Shown here: piece after piece, positions 24,046 through 38,000 of the stretch
Layout of the letters: every line of letters begins with the position of its first letter
Numbering within the stretch: the first letter of the stretch is position 1
DNA from: Eledone cirrhosa
Lineage: Eukaryota
NCBI GenBank assembly: GCA_964016885.1
Contig: OZ024741.1
Span: 247,380,001-247,444,000 of the forward strand
DNA length: 64,000 nucleotides
Direction: 5' to 3'
Notes under the pieces: model-generated
Seen by the model: the letters and a program-made list of their open reading frames with translations, nothing else
Database searches by the model: none
What the model was told of the DNA's origin: nothing
Position numbers and translations under genes: made by a program

Positions 24046-27000
24046 TTTTTAAAAAATTATCTCCCCTTGGAAGGCTGGAAATTATCTCCCCTTGGCTGGA
24101 AATTATCTCCCCTTGGACGGCTAGAAATTATCTCTCTTTGGACGGCTGGAAATTATCTCCCCCTGATTTTTTTTACAAATTATCTCCCCCTGATTTTTTT
24201 TTTACAAATTATCTCCGCCTGATTTTTTTTAAAAAATTATCTCCCCTTGGACGGCTGGAAATTATCTCCCCTTGGACGGCTGGAAATTATCTCCCCTTGG
24301 ACGGCTAGAAATTATCTCTCCTTGGACGGCTGAAAATTATCTCCCCTTGGACGGCTGCAAATTATCTCCCCTTGATTTTTTTTACAAATTATCTCCCCCT
24401 GATTTTTTTTACAAATTATCTCCCCCTGATTTTTTTTACAAATTATCTACCCCTGATTTTTTTTACAAATTATCTCCCCCTGATTTTTTTTTACAAATTA
24501 TCTCCCTCTGATTTTTTTTTACAAATTATCTCCCCCTGATTTTTTTTTTACAAATTATCTCCCCCTGATTTTTTTACAAATTATCTCCCCCTGATTTTTT
24601 TACAATCTCCGCCTGATTTTTTAAAAAATTATCTTCCCTTGGCTGGCGGGAAATTATCTCCCCTTGGACGGCTGGAAATTATCTCCCCTTGGAAGGATGG
24701 AAATTATCTCCCCTTGGACGGCTGGAAATTATCTCCCCTTGCACGGCTGGAAATTATCTCCCCTTGGCTGGAAATTATCTCCCCTTGGACGGCTAGAAAT
24801 TATCTCTCTTTGGACGGCTGGAAATTATCTCCCTTTGATTTTTTTTACAAATTATCTCCCTCTGATTTTTTTTACAAATCTCCCCCTGATTTTTTTAAAA
24901 AAATTATCTCCCCTTCGCTGGCTGGAAATTATCTCCCCTTGGACACTGGAAATTATAGCCCCTTGGAGGGCTGGAAATTATCTTCTCTTGGACGGCTGGA
25001 AATTATCTCCCCTTGATTTTTTTTACAAATTATCTCCGCCTGATTTTTTTTTTAAATTATCTCTCCTTGGACGGCTGGAAATTATCTCCCCTTGATTTTT
25101 TTTACAAATTATCTCCCCCTGATTTTTTTTACAAATTATCTCTCCCTGATTTTTTTTTACAACTTATCTGCGCCTGATTTTTTTTTAAAAATTATCTCCC
25201 CTTGGACGGCTGGAAATTATCTCCCCTTGGACGGCTGGAAATTATCTCTCCTTGGACGGCTAGAATTTACCTCTCCTTGGACGGCTGAAAATTATCTCCC
25301 CTTGGACGGCTGGAAATTACCTCCCCTTGATTTTTTTTATAAATTATCTCCCCCTGATTTTTTTTTACAAATTATCTCCCCCTGATTTTTGTTTACAAAT
25401 TATCTCCCCTTGGACGGCTGGAAATTATCTCCCCTTGGACGGCTAGAAATTACCTCTCCTTGGACGGCTGAAAATTATCTCCCCTTGGACGGCTGGAAAT
25501 TATCTCCCCTTGATTTTTTTACAAATTAACTCCCCCTGATTTTTTTTTTACAAATTATCTCCCCCTGATTTATTTAACAAATTATCTCCCCCTGATTTAT
25601 TTTACAAATTATCTCCCCCTGATTTTTTTTTTAAAAATTATCTCCCCCTGATTTTTTTACAAATTATCTCCCCCTGATTTTTTTTACAAATTATCTCCGC
25701 CTGATTTTTTTACATATTATCTTACCTTGGCTGGCGGGAAATTATCTCCCCTTGGACGGCTGAAAATTATCTCCCCTTGGACGGCTGGAAATTATCTCCC
25801 CTTGATTTTTTTTACAAATTATCTCCCCCTGATTTTTTTTTACAAATTATCTCCGCCTGATTTTTAAAAAAAAATTATCTCCCCTTCGCTGGCTGGAAAT
25901 TATCTCCCCTTGGACGCTGGAAATTATAGCCCCTTGGAGGGCTGGAAATTATCTTCCCTTGGACGGCTGGAAATTATCTCCCCTTGATTTTTTTTACAAA
26001 TTATCTCCCCCTGATTTTTTTTTACAAATTATCTCCCCCTGATTTTTTTTTACAAATTATCTCCCCCTGATTTTTTTTTTACAAATTATCTCCGCCTGAT
26101 TTTTTTAAAAAAATTATCTCCCCTTGGACGGCTGGAAATTATCTCCCTTTGGACGGCTGGAAATTATCTCCCCTTGGACGGCTAGAAATTATCTCTCCTT
26201 GGACGGCTGAAAATTATCTCCCCTTGGACGGCTGCAAATTATCTCCCCTTGATTTTTTTTACAAATTATCTCCCCCTGATTTTTTTTACAAATTATCTCC
26301 CCCTGATTTTTTTTACAAATTATCTACCCCTGATTTTTTTTACAAATTATCTCCCCCTGATTTTTTTTTACAAATTATCTCCCTCTGATTTTTTTTTACA
26401 AATTATCTCCCCCTGATTTTTTTTTTTACAAATTATCTCCCCCTGATTTTTTTACAAATTATCTCCCCCTGATTTTTTTTACAATCTCCGCCTGATTTTT
26501 TTAAAAATTATCTTCCCTTGGCTGGCGGGAAATTATCTCCCCTTGGACGGCTGGAAATTATCTCCCCTTGGAAGGATGGAAATTATCTCCCCTTGGACGG
26601 CTGGAAATTATCTCCCTTTGATTTTTTTTACAAATTATCTCCCTCTGATTTTTTTTACAAATCTCCCCCTGATTTTTTTAAAAAAATTATCTCCCCTTCG
26701 CTGGCTGGAAATTATCTCCCCTTGGACACTGGAAATTATAGCCCCTTGGAGGGCTGGAAATTATCTTCTCTTGGACGGCTGGAAATTATCTCCCCTTGAT
26801 TTTTTTTACAAATTATCTCCGCCTGATTTTTTTTTTAAATTATCTCTCCTTGGACGGCTGGAAATTATCTCCCCTTGATTTTTTAAAAAATTATCTCCCC
26901 TTGGAAGGCTGGAAATTATCTCCCCTTGGCTGGAAATTATCTCCCCTTGGACGGCTAGAAATTATCTCTCTTTGGACGGCTGGAAATTATCACCCCTTGA

Positions 27001-28289
27001 GTTTTTTTACAAATTATCTCCCCCTGATTTTTTTTACAAATCTCCCAGTGATTTTTTAAAAAAAATTATCTCCCCTTCGCTGGCTGGAAATTATCTCCCC
27101 TTGGACGCTGGAAATTATAGCCCCTTGGAGGGCTGGAAATTATCTTCCCTTGGACGGCTGGAAATTATCTCCCCTTGATTTTTTTTACAAATTATCTCCC
27201 CCTGATTTTTTTTACAAATTATCTCCCCCTGATTTTTTTTTACAACTTATCTGCGCCTGATTTTTTTTAAAAAATTATCTCCCCTTGGACGGCTGGAAAT
27301 TATCTCCCCTTGGACGGCTGGAAATTATCTCTCCTTGGACGGCTAGAATTTACCTCTCCTTGGACTGCTGAAAATTATCTCCCCTTGGACGGCTGGAAAT
27401 TACCTCCCCTTGATTTTTTTTACAAATTATCTCCCCCTGATTTTTTTTTACAAATTATCTCCCCCTGATTTTTTTTTACAAATTATCTCCCCCTGATTTT
27501 TTTTACAAATTATCTCCCCTTGGCTGGCTGGAAATTATCTCCCCTTGGAGGCTGGAAATTATCTCCCCTTGGACGGCTGGAAATTATCTCCCCTTGGAAG
27601 GATGGAAATTATCTCCCCTTGGACGGCTGGAAATTATCTACCCCTGATTTTTTTTACAAATTATCTCCCCCTGATTTTTTTTACAAATTATCTCCCCCTG
27701 ATTTTTTTTTACAAATTATCTACCCCTGATTTTTTTTACAAATTATCTCCCCCTGATTTTTTTTACAAATTATCTCCCCCTGATTTTTTTTTTACAAATT
27801 ATCTCCCCCTGATTTTTTTACAAATTATCTCCCCCTGATTTTTTTTACAAATTATCTCCCCTTGGAGGCTGGAATTTATCTCCCCTTGGACGGCTAGAAA
27901 TTACCTCTCCTTGGACGGCTGGAAAATATGTCTCCTTGGACGGCTGGATATTATCTCCCCTTGGACGGCTGAAAATTATCTCCCCTTGGACGGCTGGAAA
28001 TTATCTCCCCTTGATTTTTTTTACAAATTATCTCCCCCTGATTTTTTTTTACAAATTATCTCCCCCTGATTTTTTTTTACAAATTATCTGCCGCTGATTT
28101 TTTTTACAAATTATCTCCCCTTGGAGGCTGGAATTTATCTCCCCTTGGACGGCTAGAAATTACCTCTCCTTGGACGGCTGGAAAATATGTCTCCTTGGAC
28201 GGCTGGATATTATCTCCCCTTGGACGGCTGGAAATTATCTCCCCATGGACGGCTGGAAATTATCTCCCCTTGGACGGCTAGAAATTATC

Positions 28290-29905
28290 TCTCCTTGGAC
28301 GGCTGAAAATTATCTCCCCTTGGACGGCTGCAAATTATCTCCCCTTGATTTTTTTTATAAATTATCTCCCCCTGATTTTTTTTACAAATTATCTCCCCCT
28401 GATTTTTTTTACAAATTATCTACCCCTGATTTTTTTTACAAATTATCTCCCCCTGATTTTTTTTTACAAATTATCTACCTCTGATTTTTTTTTACAAATT
28501 ATCTCCCCCTGATTTTTTTTTTACAAATTATCTTCCCCTGATTTTTTTACAAATTATCTCCCCCTGATTTTTTTTACAATCTCCGCCTGATTTTTTTTAA
28601 AATTATCTTCCCTTGGCTGGCGGGAAATTATCTCCCCTTGGACGGCTGGAAATTATCTCCCCTTGGAAGGATGGAAATTATCTCCCCTTGGACGGCTGGA
28701 AATTATCTCCCCTTGCACGGCTGGAAATTATCTCCCCTTGGCTGGAAATTATCTCCCCTTGGACGGCTAGAAATTATCTCTCTTTGGACGGCTGGAAATT
28801 ATCACCCCTTGAGTTTTTTACAAATTATCTCCCCCTGATTTTTTTTACAAATCTCCCAGTGATTTTTTAAAAAAATTATCTCCCCTTGGACGGCTGGAAA
28901 TTATCTCCCCTTGGACGGCTGGAAATTATCTCGCCTTGGACAGCTAGAATTTACCTCTCCTTGGACGGCTGAAAATTATCTCCCCTTGGGCGGCTGGAAA
29001 TTATCTCCCCTTGATTTTTTTTACAAATTATCTACCCCTGATTTTTTTTACAAATTATCTCCCCCTGATTTTTTTTTACAAATTATCTGCCGCTGATTTT
29101 TTTTACAAATTATCTCCCCTTGGAGGCTGGAATTTATCTCCCCTTGGACGGCTAGAAATTACCTCTCCTTGGACGGCTGAAAATTATCTCCCCTTGGACG
29201 GCTGCAAATTATCTCCCCTTGATTTTTTTTATAAATTATCTCCCCCTGATTTTTTTTACAAATTATCTCCCCCTGATTTTTTTTACAAATTATCTACCCC
29301 TGATTTTTTTTACAAATTATCTCCCCCTGATTTTTTTTTACAAATTATCTACCTCTGATTTTTTTTTACAAATTATCTCCCCCTGATTTTTTTTTTACAA
29401 ATTATCTTCCCCTGATTTTTTTACAAATTATCTCCCCCTGATTTTTTTTACAATCTCCGCCTGATTTTTTTAAAAATTATCTTCCCTTGGCTGGCGGGAA
29501 ATTATCTCCCCTTGGACGGCTGGAAATTATCTCCCCTTGGAAGGATGGAAATTATCTCCCCTTGGACGGCTGGAAATTATCTCCCCTTGCACGGCTGGAA
29601 ATTATCTCCCCTTGGCTGGAAATTATCTCCCCTTGGACGGCTAGAAATTATCTCTCTTTGGACGGCTGGAAATTATCACCCCTTGAGTTTTTTACAAATT
29701 ATCTCCCCCTGATTTTTTTTACAAATCTCCCAGTGATTTTTTAAAAAAATTATCTCCCCTTGGACGGCTGGAAATTATCTCCCCTTGGACGGCTGGAAAT
29801 TATCTCGCCTTGGACGGCTAGAATTTACCTCTCCTTGGACGGCTGAAAATTATCTCCCCTTGGACGGCTGGAAATTATCTCCCCTTGATTTTTTTTACAA
29901 ATTAT
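28290..29905 (+). repeat. Local duplication with 874-bp offset, also present as an 873-bp pair at about 46010-47570
   Basis: ORF pairs 28613/29487 and 28638/29512 differ by 874; 46283/47156 and 46308/47181 differ by 873. Shared variants are TATAAATT, TCTACCTCTG, TCTTCCCCTG and TCTCGCCTT. Confidence 0.88.
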
Positions 29906-32900
29906 CTCCCTCTGATTTTTTTTTACAAATTATCTCCCCCTGATTTTTTTTTACAAATTATCTCCCCCTGATTTTTTTTTACAAATTATCTCCCCCTGAT
30001 TTTTTTTACAAATTATCTCCCCCCTGATTTTTTTACAAATTATCTCCCCTTGGCTGGCTGGAAATTATCTCCCCTTGGAGGCTGGAACTTATCTCCCCTT
30101 GGACGGCTAGAAATTACCTCTCCTTGGACGGCTGGAAAATATGTCTCCTTGGACGGACGGATATTATCTCCCCTTGGACGGCTGGAAATTATCTCCCCTT
30201 GGACGGCTGGAAATTATCTCCCCTTGGATGGCTAGATATTACCTCCCCTTGGACGGCTGGAAATTATCTCCCCTTGATTTTTTTTACAAATTATCTCCCC
30301 CTGATTTTTTTTTACAAATTATCTCCCCCTGATTTTTTTTTTAAAATTATCTCCCCCTGATTTTTGTTTACAAATTATCTCCGCCTGATTTTTTTTTAAA
30401 AATTATCTACCCTTGGACGGCTGGAAATTATCTCCCCTTGGACGGCTGGAAATTATATCTCCTTGGACGGCTAGAATTTACCTCTCCTTGGACGGCTGAA
30501 AATTATCTCCTCTTGGACGGCTGGAAATTATCTCCCCTTGATTTTTTTTACAAATTATCTCCCCCTGATTTTTTTTTACAAATTATCTCCCCCTGATTTT
30601 TTTTTACAAATTATCTCCCCCTGATTTTTTTTTACAAATTATCTCCCCCTGATTTTTTTACAAATTATCTCCCCTTGGCTGGCTGGAAATTATCTCCCCT
30701 TGGAGGCTGGAACTTATCTCCCCTTGGACGGCTAGAAATTACCTCTCCTTGGACGGCTGGAAAATATGTCTCCTTGGACGGCTGGATATTATCTCCCCTT
30801 GGACGGCTGGAAATTATCTCCCCTTGGACGGCTGGAAATTATCTCCCCTTGGATGGCTAGATATTACCTCCCCTTGGACGGCTGGAAATTATCTCCCTTT
30901 GATTTTTTTTACAAATTATCTCCCCCTGATTTTTTTTTACAAATTATCTCCCCCTGATTTTTTTTTACAAATTATCTCCCCCTGATTTTTGTTTACAAAT
31001 TATCTCCGCCTGATTTTTTTTTTAAAATTATCTCCCCTTGGACGGCTGGAAATTATCTCCCCTTGGACGGCTAGAAATTACCTCTCCTTGGACGGCTGAA
31101 AATTATCTCCCCTTGGACGGCTGGAAATTATCTCCCCTTGATTTTTTTACAAATTATCTCCCCCCGATTTTTTTTTTACAAATTATCTCCCCCTGATTTT
31201 TTTTTACAAATTATCTACCCCTGATTTTTTTTTACAAATTATCTCCCCCTGATTTCTTTTACAAATTATCTCCCCCTGATTTTTTTTTTACAAATTATCT
31301 CCCCCTGATTTTTTTACAAATTATCTCCCCCTGATTTTTTTTACAAATTATCTCCGCCTGATTTTTTTAAATATTATCTCTCCTTGGCTGGCGGGAAATT
31401 ATCTCCCCTTGGACGGCTGGAAATTATCTCCCCTTGGAAGGATGGAAATTATCTCCCCTTGGACGGCTGGAAATTATCTACCCCTGATTTTTTTTACAAA
31501 TTATCTCCCCCTGATTTTTTTTACAAATTATCTCCCCCTGATTTTTTTTACAAATTATCTACCCCTGATTTTTTTTACAAATTATCTCCCCCTGATTTTT
31601 TTTACAAATTATCTCCCCCTGATTTTTTTTTTACAAATTATCTCCCCCTGATTTTTTTACAAATTATCTCCCCCTGATTTTTTTTACAAATTATCTCCGC
31701 CTGATTTTTTTAAATATTATCTTCCCTTGGCTGGCGGGAAATTATCTCCCCTTGGACGGCTGAAAATTATCTCCCCTTGGACGGCTGGAAATTATCTCCC
31801 CTTGATTTTTTTACAAATTATCTCCCCCTGATTTTTTTTTTACAAATTATCTCACCCTGATTTTTTTTACAAATTATCTACCCCTGATTTTTTTTTACAA
31901 ATTATCTCCCCCTGATTTTTTTTACAAATTATCTCCCCCTGATTTTTTTTTTACAAATTATCTCCCCCTGATTTTTTTACAAATTATCTCCCCCTGATTT
32001 TTTTTACAAATTATCTCCGCCTGATTTTTTTAAATATTATCTCTCCTTGGCTGGCGGGAAATTATCTCCCCTTGGACGGCTGGAAATTATCTCCCCTTGG
32101 AAGGATGGAAATTATCTCCCCTTGGACGGCTGGAAATTATCTCCCCTTGATTTTTTTTACAAATTATCTCCCCCTGATTTTTTTTTACAAATTATCTCCG
32201 CCTGATTTTTAAAAAAAAATTATCTCCCCTTCGCTGGCTGGAAATTATCTCCCCTTGGACGCTGGAAATTATAGCCCCTTGGAGGGCTGGAAATTATCTT
32301 CCCTTGGACGGCTGTAAATTATCTCCCCTTGATTTTTTTTACAAATTATCTCCCCCTGATTTTTTTTTACAAATTATCTCCCCCTGATTTTTTTTTACAA
32401 ATTATCTCCCCATGATTTTTTTTTTACAAATTATCTCCGCCTGATTTTTTTAAAAAAATTATCTCCCCTTGGACGGCTGGAAATTATCTCCCTTTGGACG
32501 GCTGGAAATTATCTCCCCTTGGACGGCTAGAAATTATCTCTCCTTGGACGGCTGAAAATTATCTCCCCTTGGACGGCTGCAAATTATCTCCCCTTGATTT
32601 TTTTTACAAATTATCTCCCCCTGATTTTTTTTACAAATTATCTCCCCCTGATTTTTTTTACAAATTATCTACCCCTGATTTTTTTTACAAATTATCTCCC
32701 CCTGATTTTTTTTTACAAATTATCTCCCTCTGATTTTTTTTTACAAATTATCTCCCCCTGATTTTTTTTTTACAAATTATCTCCCCCTGATTTTTTTACA
32801 AATTATCTCCCCCTGATTTTTTTTACAATCTCCGCCTGATTTTTTTAAAAATTATCTTCCCTTGGCTGGCGGGAAATTATCTCCCCTTGGACGACTGGAA

Positions 32901-35099
32901 ATTATCTCCCCTTGGAAGGATGGAAATTATCTCCCCTTGGACGGCTGGAAATTATCTCCCCTTGATTTTTTTTACATATTTATCTCCGCTTGATTTTTTT
33001 TTTAAATTATCTCTCCTTGGACGGCTGGAAATTATCTCCCCTTGATTTTTTAAAAAATTATCTCCCCTTGGAAGGCTGGAAATTATGTCCCCTTGGCTGG
33101 AAATTATCTCCCCTTGGACGGCTAGAAATTATCTCTCTTTGGACGGCTGGAAATTATCACCCCTTGAGTTTTTTTACAAATTATCTCCCCCTGATTTTTT
33201 TTACAAATCTCCCAGTGATTTTTTAAAAAAAATTATCTCCCCTTCGCTGGCTGGAAATTATCTCCCCTTGGACGCTGGAAATTATAGCCCCTTGGAGGGC
33301 TGGAAATTATCTTTCCTTGGACGGCTGGAAATTATCTCCCCTTGATTTTTTTTACAAATTATCTCCCCCTGATTTTTTTTACAAATTATCTCCCCCTGAT
33401 TTTTTTTTACAAATTATCTGCGCCTGATTTTTTTAAAAAAATTATCTCCCCTTGGACGGCTGGAAATTATCTCCCCTTGGACGGCTGGAAATTATCTCTC
33501 CTTGGACGGCTAGAATTTACCTCTCCTTGGACGGCTGAAAATTATCTCCCCTTGGACGGCTGGAAATTACCTCCCCTTGATTTTTTTTACAAATTATCTC
33601 CCCCTGATTTTTTTTTACAAATTATCTCCCCCTGATTTTTTTTTACAAATTATCTCCCCCTGATTTTTTTTTACAAATTATCTCCCCCTGATTTTTTTTA
33701 CAAATTATCTCCCCTTGGCTGGCTGGAAATTATCTCCCCTTGGAGGCTGGAACTTATCTCCCCTTGGACGGCTAGAAATTACCTCTCCTTGGACGGCTGG
33801 AAAATATGTCTCCTTGGACGGCTGGAAATTATCTCCCCTTGGACGGCTGGAAATTATCTCCCTTGGACGGCTGGAAATTATCTCCCCTTGGATGGCTAGA
33901 TATTACGTCCCCTTGGACGGCTGGAAATTATCTCCCCTTGATTTTTTTTAGAAATTATCTCCCCCTGATTTTTTTTACAAATTATCTCCCCCTGATTTTT
34001 TATTACAAATTATCTCCCCCTGATTTTTGTTTACAAATTATCTCCGCCTGATTTTTTTTTTTAAATTATCTCCCCTTGGACGGCTGGAAATTATCTCCCC
34101 TTGGACGGCTAGAAATTACCTCTCCTTGGACGGCTGAAAATTATCTCCACTTGGACGGCTGGAAATTATCTCCCCTTGATTTTTTTACAAATTATCTCCC
34201 CCTGATTTTTTTTTACAAATTATCTACCCCTGATTTTTTTTTACAAATTATCTACCCCTGATTTTTTTTTACAAATTATCTCCCCCTGATTTTTTTTACA
34301 AATTATCTCCCCCTGATTTTTTTTTTACAAATTATCTCCCCCTGATTTTTTTACAAATTATCTCCCCCTGATTTTTTTTACAAATTATCTCCGCCTGATT
34401 TTTTTAAATATTATCTCTCCTTGGCTGGCGGGAAATTATCTCCCCTTGGACGGCTGGAAATTATCTCCCCTTGGAAGGATGGAAATTATCTCCCCTTGGA
34501 CGGCTGGAAATTATCTACCCCTGATTTTTTTTACAAATTATCTCCCCCTGATTTTTTTTACAAATTATCTCCCCCTGATTTTTTTTACAAATTATCTACC
34601 CCTGATTTTTTTTACAAATTATCTCCCCCTGATTTTTTTTACAAATTATCTCCCCCTGATTTTTTTTTTACAAATTATCTCCCCCTGATTTTTTTACAAA
34701 TTATCTCCCCCTGATTTTTTTTACAAATTATCTCCCCTTGGAGGCTGGAATTTATCTCCCCTTGGACGGCTAGAAATTACCTCTCCTTGGACGGCTGGAA
34801 AATATGTCTCCTTGGACGGCTGGATATTATCTCCCCTTGGACGGCTGGAAATTATCTCCCCATGGACGGCTGGAAATTATCTCCCCTTGGACGGCTAGAA
34901 ATTATCTCTCCTTGGACGGCTGAAAATTATCTCCCCTTGGACGGCTGCAAATTATCTCCCCTTGATTTTTTTAATAAATTATCTCCCCCTGATTTTTTTT
35001 ACAAATTATCTCCCCCTGATTTTTTTTACAAATTATCTACCCCTGATTTTTTTTACAAATTATCTCCCCCTGATTTTTTTTTACAAATTATCTACCTCT

Positions 35100-38000
35100 G
35101 ATTTTTTTTTACAAATTATCTCCCCCTGATTTTTTTTTTACAAATTATCTTCCCCTGATTTTTTTACAAATTATCTCCCCCTGATTTTTTTTACAATCTC
35201 CGCCTGATTTTTTTAAAAATTATCTTCCCTTGGCTGGCGGGAAATTATCTCCCCTTGGACGGCTGGAAATTATCTCCCCTTGGAAGGATGGAAATTATCT
35301 CCCCTTGGACGGCTGGAAATTATCTCCCCTTGCACGGCTGGAAATTATCTCCCCTTGGCTGGAAATTATCTCCCCTTGGACGGCTAGAAATTATCTCTCT
35401 TTGGACGGCTGGAAATTATCACCCCTTGAGTTTTTTACAAATTATCTCCCCCTGATTTTTTTTACAAATCTCCCAGTGATTTTTTAAAAAAATTATCTCC
35501 CCTTGGACGGCTGGAAATTATCTCCCCTTGGACGGCTGGAAATTATCTCGCCTTGGACGGCTAGAATTTACCTATCCTTGGACGGCTGAAAATTATCTCC
35601 CCTTGGGCGGCTGGAAATTATCTCCCCTTGATTTTTTTTACAAATTATCTCCCCCTGATTTTTTTTACAAATTATCTCCCCCTGATTTTTTTTTACAAAT
35701 TATCTGCCGCTGATTTTTTTTACAAATTATCTCCCCTTGGAGGCTGGAATTTATCTCCCCTTGGACGGCTAGAATTTACCTCTCCTTGGACGGCTGAAAA
35801 TTATCTCCCCTTGGACGGCTGGAAATTATCTCCCCTTGATTTTTTTTACAAATTATCTCCCTCTGATTTTTTTTTACAAATTATCTCCCCCTGATTTTTT
35901 TTTACAAATTATCTCCCCCTGATTTTTTTTTACAAATTATCTCCCCCTGATTTTTTTTACAAATTATCTCCCCCCTGATTTTTTTACAAATTATCTCTCC
36001 TTGGCTGGCTGGAAATTATCTCCCCTTGGAGGCTGGAACTTATCTCCCCTTGGACGGCTAGAAATTACCTCTCCTTGGACGGCTGGAAAATATGTCTCCT
36101 TGGACGGACGGATATTATCTCCCCTTGGACGGCTGGAAATTATCTCCCCTTGGACGGCTGGAAATTATCTCCCCTTGGATGGCTAGATATTACCTCCCCT
36201 TGGACGGCTGGAAATTATCTCCCCTTGATTTTTTTTACAAATTATCTCCCCCTGATTTTTTTTTACAAATTATCTCCCCCTGATTTTTTTTTTAAAATTA
36301 TCTCCCCCTGATTTTTGTTTACAAATTATCTCCGCCTGATTTTTTTAAAAAAATTATCTACCCTTGGACGGCTGGAAATTATCTCCCCTTGGACGGCTGG
36401 AAATTATATCTCCTTGGACGGCTAGAATTTACCTCTCCTTGGACGGCTGAAAATTATCTCCCCTTGGACGGCTGGAAATTATCTCCCCTTGATTTTTTTT
36501 ACAAATTATCTCCCCCTGATTTTTTTTTACAAATTATCTCCCCCTGATTTTTTTTTACAAATTATCTCCCCCTGATTTTTTTTTACAAATTATCTCCCCC
36601 TGATTTTTTTACAAATTATCTCCCCTTGGCTGGCTGGAAATTATCTCCCCTTGGAGGCTGGAACTTATCTCCCCTTGGACGGCTAGAAATTACCTCTCCT
36701 TGGACGGCTGGAAAATATGTCTCCTTGGACGGCTGGATATTATCTCCCCTTGGACGGCTGGAAATTATCTCCCCTTGGACGGCTGGAAATTATCTCCCCT
36801 TGGATGGCTAGATATTACCTCCCCTTGGACGGCTGGAAATTATCTCCCTTTGATTTTTTTTACAAATTATCTCCCCCTTATTTTTTTTACAAATTATCTC
36901 CCCCTGATTTTTTTTTACAAATTATCTCCCCCTGATTTTTGTTTACAAATTATCTCCGCCTGATTTTTTTAAAAAAATTATCTCCCCTTGGACGGCTGGA
37001 AATTATCTCCCCTTGGACGGCTAGAAATTACCTCTCCTTGGACGGCTGAAAATTATCTCCCCTTGGACGGCTGGAAATTATCTCCCCTTGATTTTTTTAC
37101 AAATTATCTCCCCCCGATTTTTTTTTTACAAATTATCTCCCCCTGATTTTTTTTACAAATTATCTACCCCTGATTTTTTTTACAAATTATCTCCCCCTGA
37201 TTTTTTTTACAAATTATCTCCCCCTGATTTTTTTTTTACAAATTATCTCCCCCTGATTTTTTTACAAATTATCTCCCCCTGATTTTTTTTACAAATTATC
37301 TCCGCCTGATTTTTTTAAATATTATCTTCCCTTGGCTGGCGGGAAATTATCTCCCCTTGGACGGCTGAAAATTATCTCCCCTTGGACGGCTGGAAATTAT
37401 CTCCCCTTGATTTTTTTACAAATTATCTCCCCCTGATTTTTTTTTTACAAATTATCTCACCCTGATTTTTTTTACAAATTATCTACCCCTGATTTTTTTT
37501 TACAAATTATCTCCCCCTGATTTTTTTTACAAATTATCTCCCCCTGATTTTTTTTTTACAAATTATCTCCCCCTGATTTTTTTACAAATTATCTCCCCCT
37601 GATTTTTTTTACAAATTATCTCCGCCTGATTTTTTTAAATATTATCTCTCCTTGGCTGGCGGGAAATTATCTCCCCTTGGACGGCTGGAAATTATCTCCC
37701 CTTGGAAGGATGGAAATTATCTCCCCTTGGACGGCTGGAAATTATCTACCCCTGATTTTTTTTACAAATTATCTCCCCCTGATTTATTTTACAAATTATC
37801 TCCCCCTGATTTTTTTTTTAAAAATTATCTCCCCCTGATTTTTTTACAAATTATCTCCCCCTGATTTTTTTTACAAATTATCTCCGCCTGATTTTTTTAA
37901 ATATTATCTTACCTTGGCTGGCGGGAAATTATCTCCCCTTGGACGGCTGAAAATTATCTCCCCTTGGACGGCTGGAAATTATCTCCCCTTGATTTTTTTT

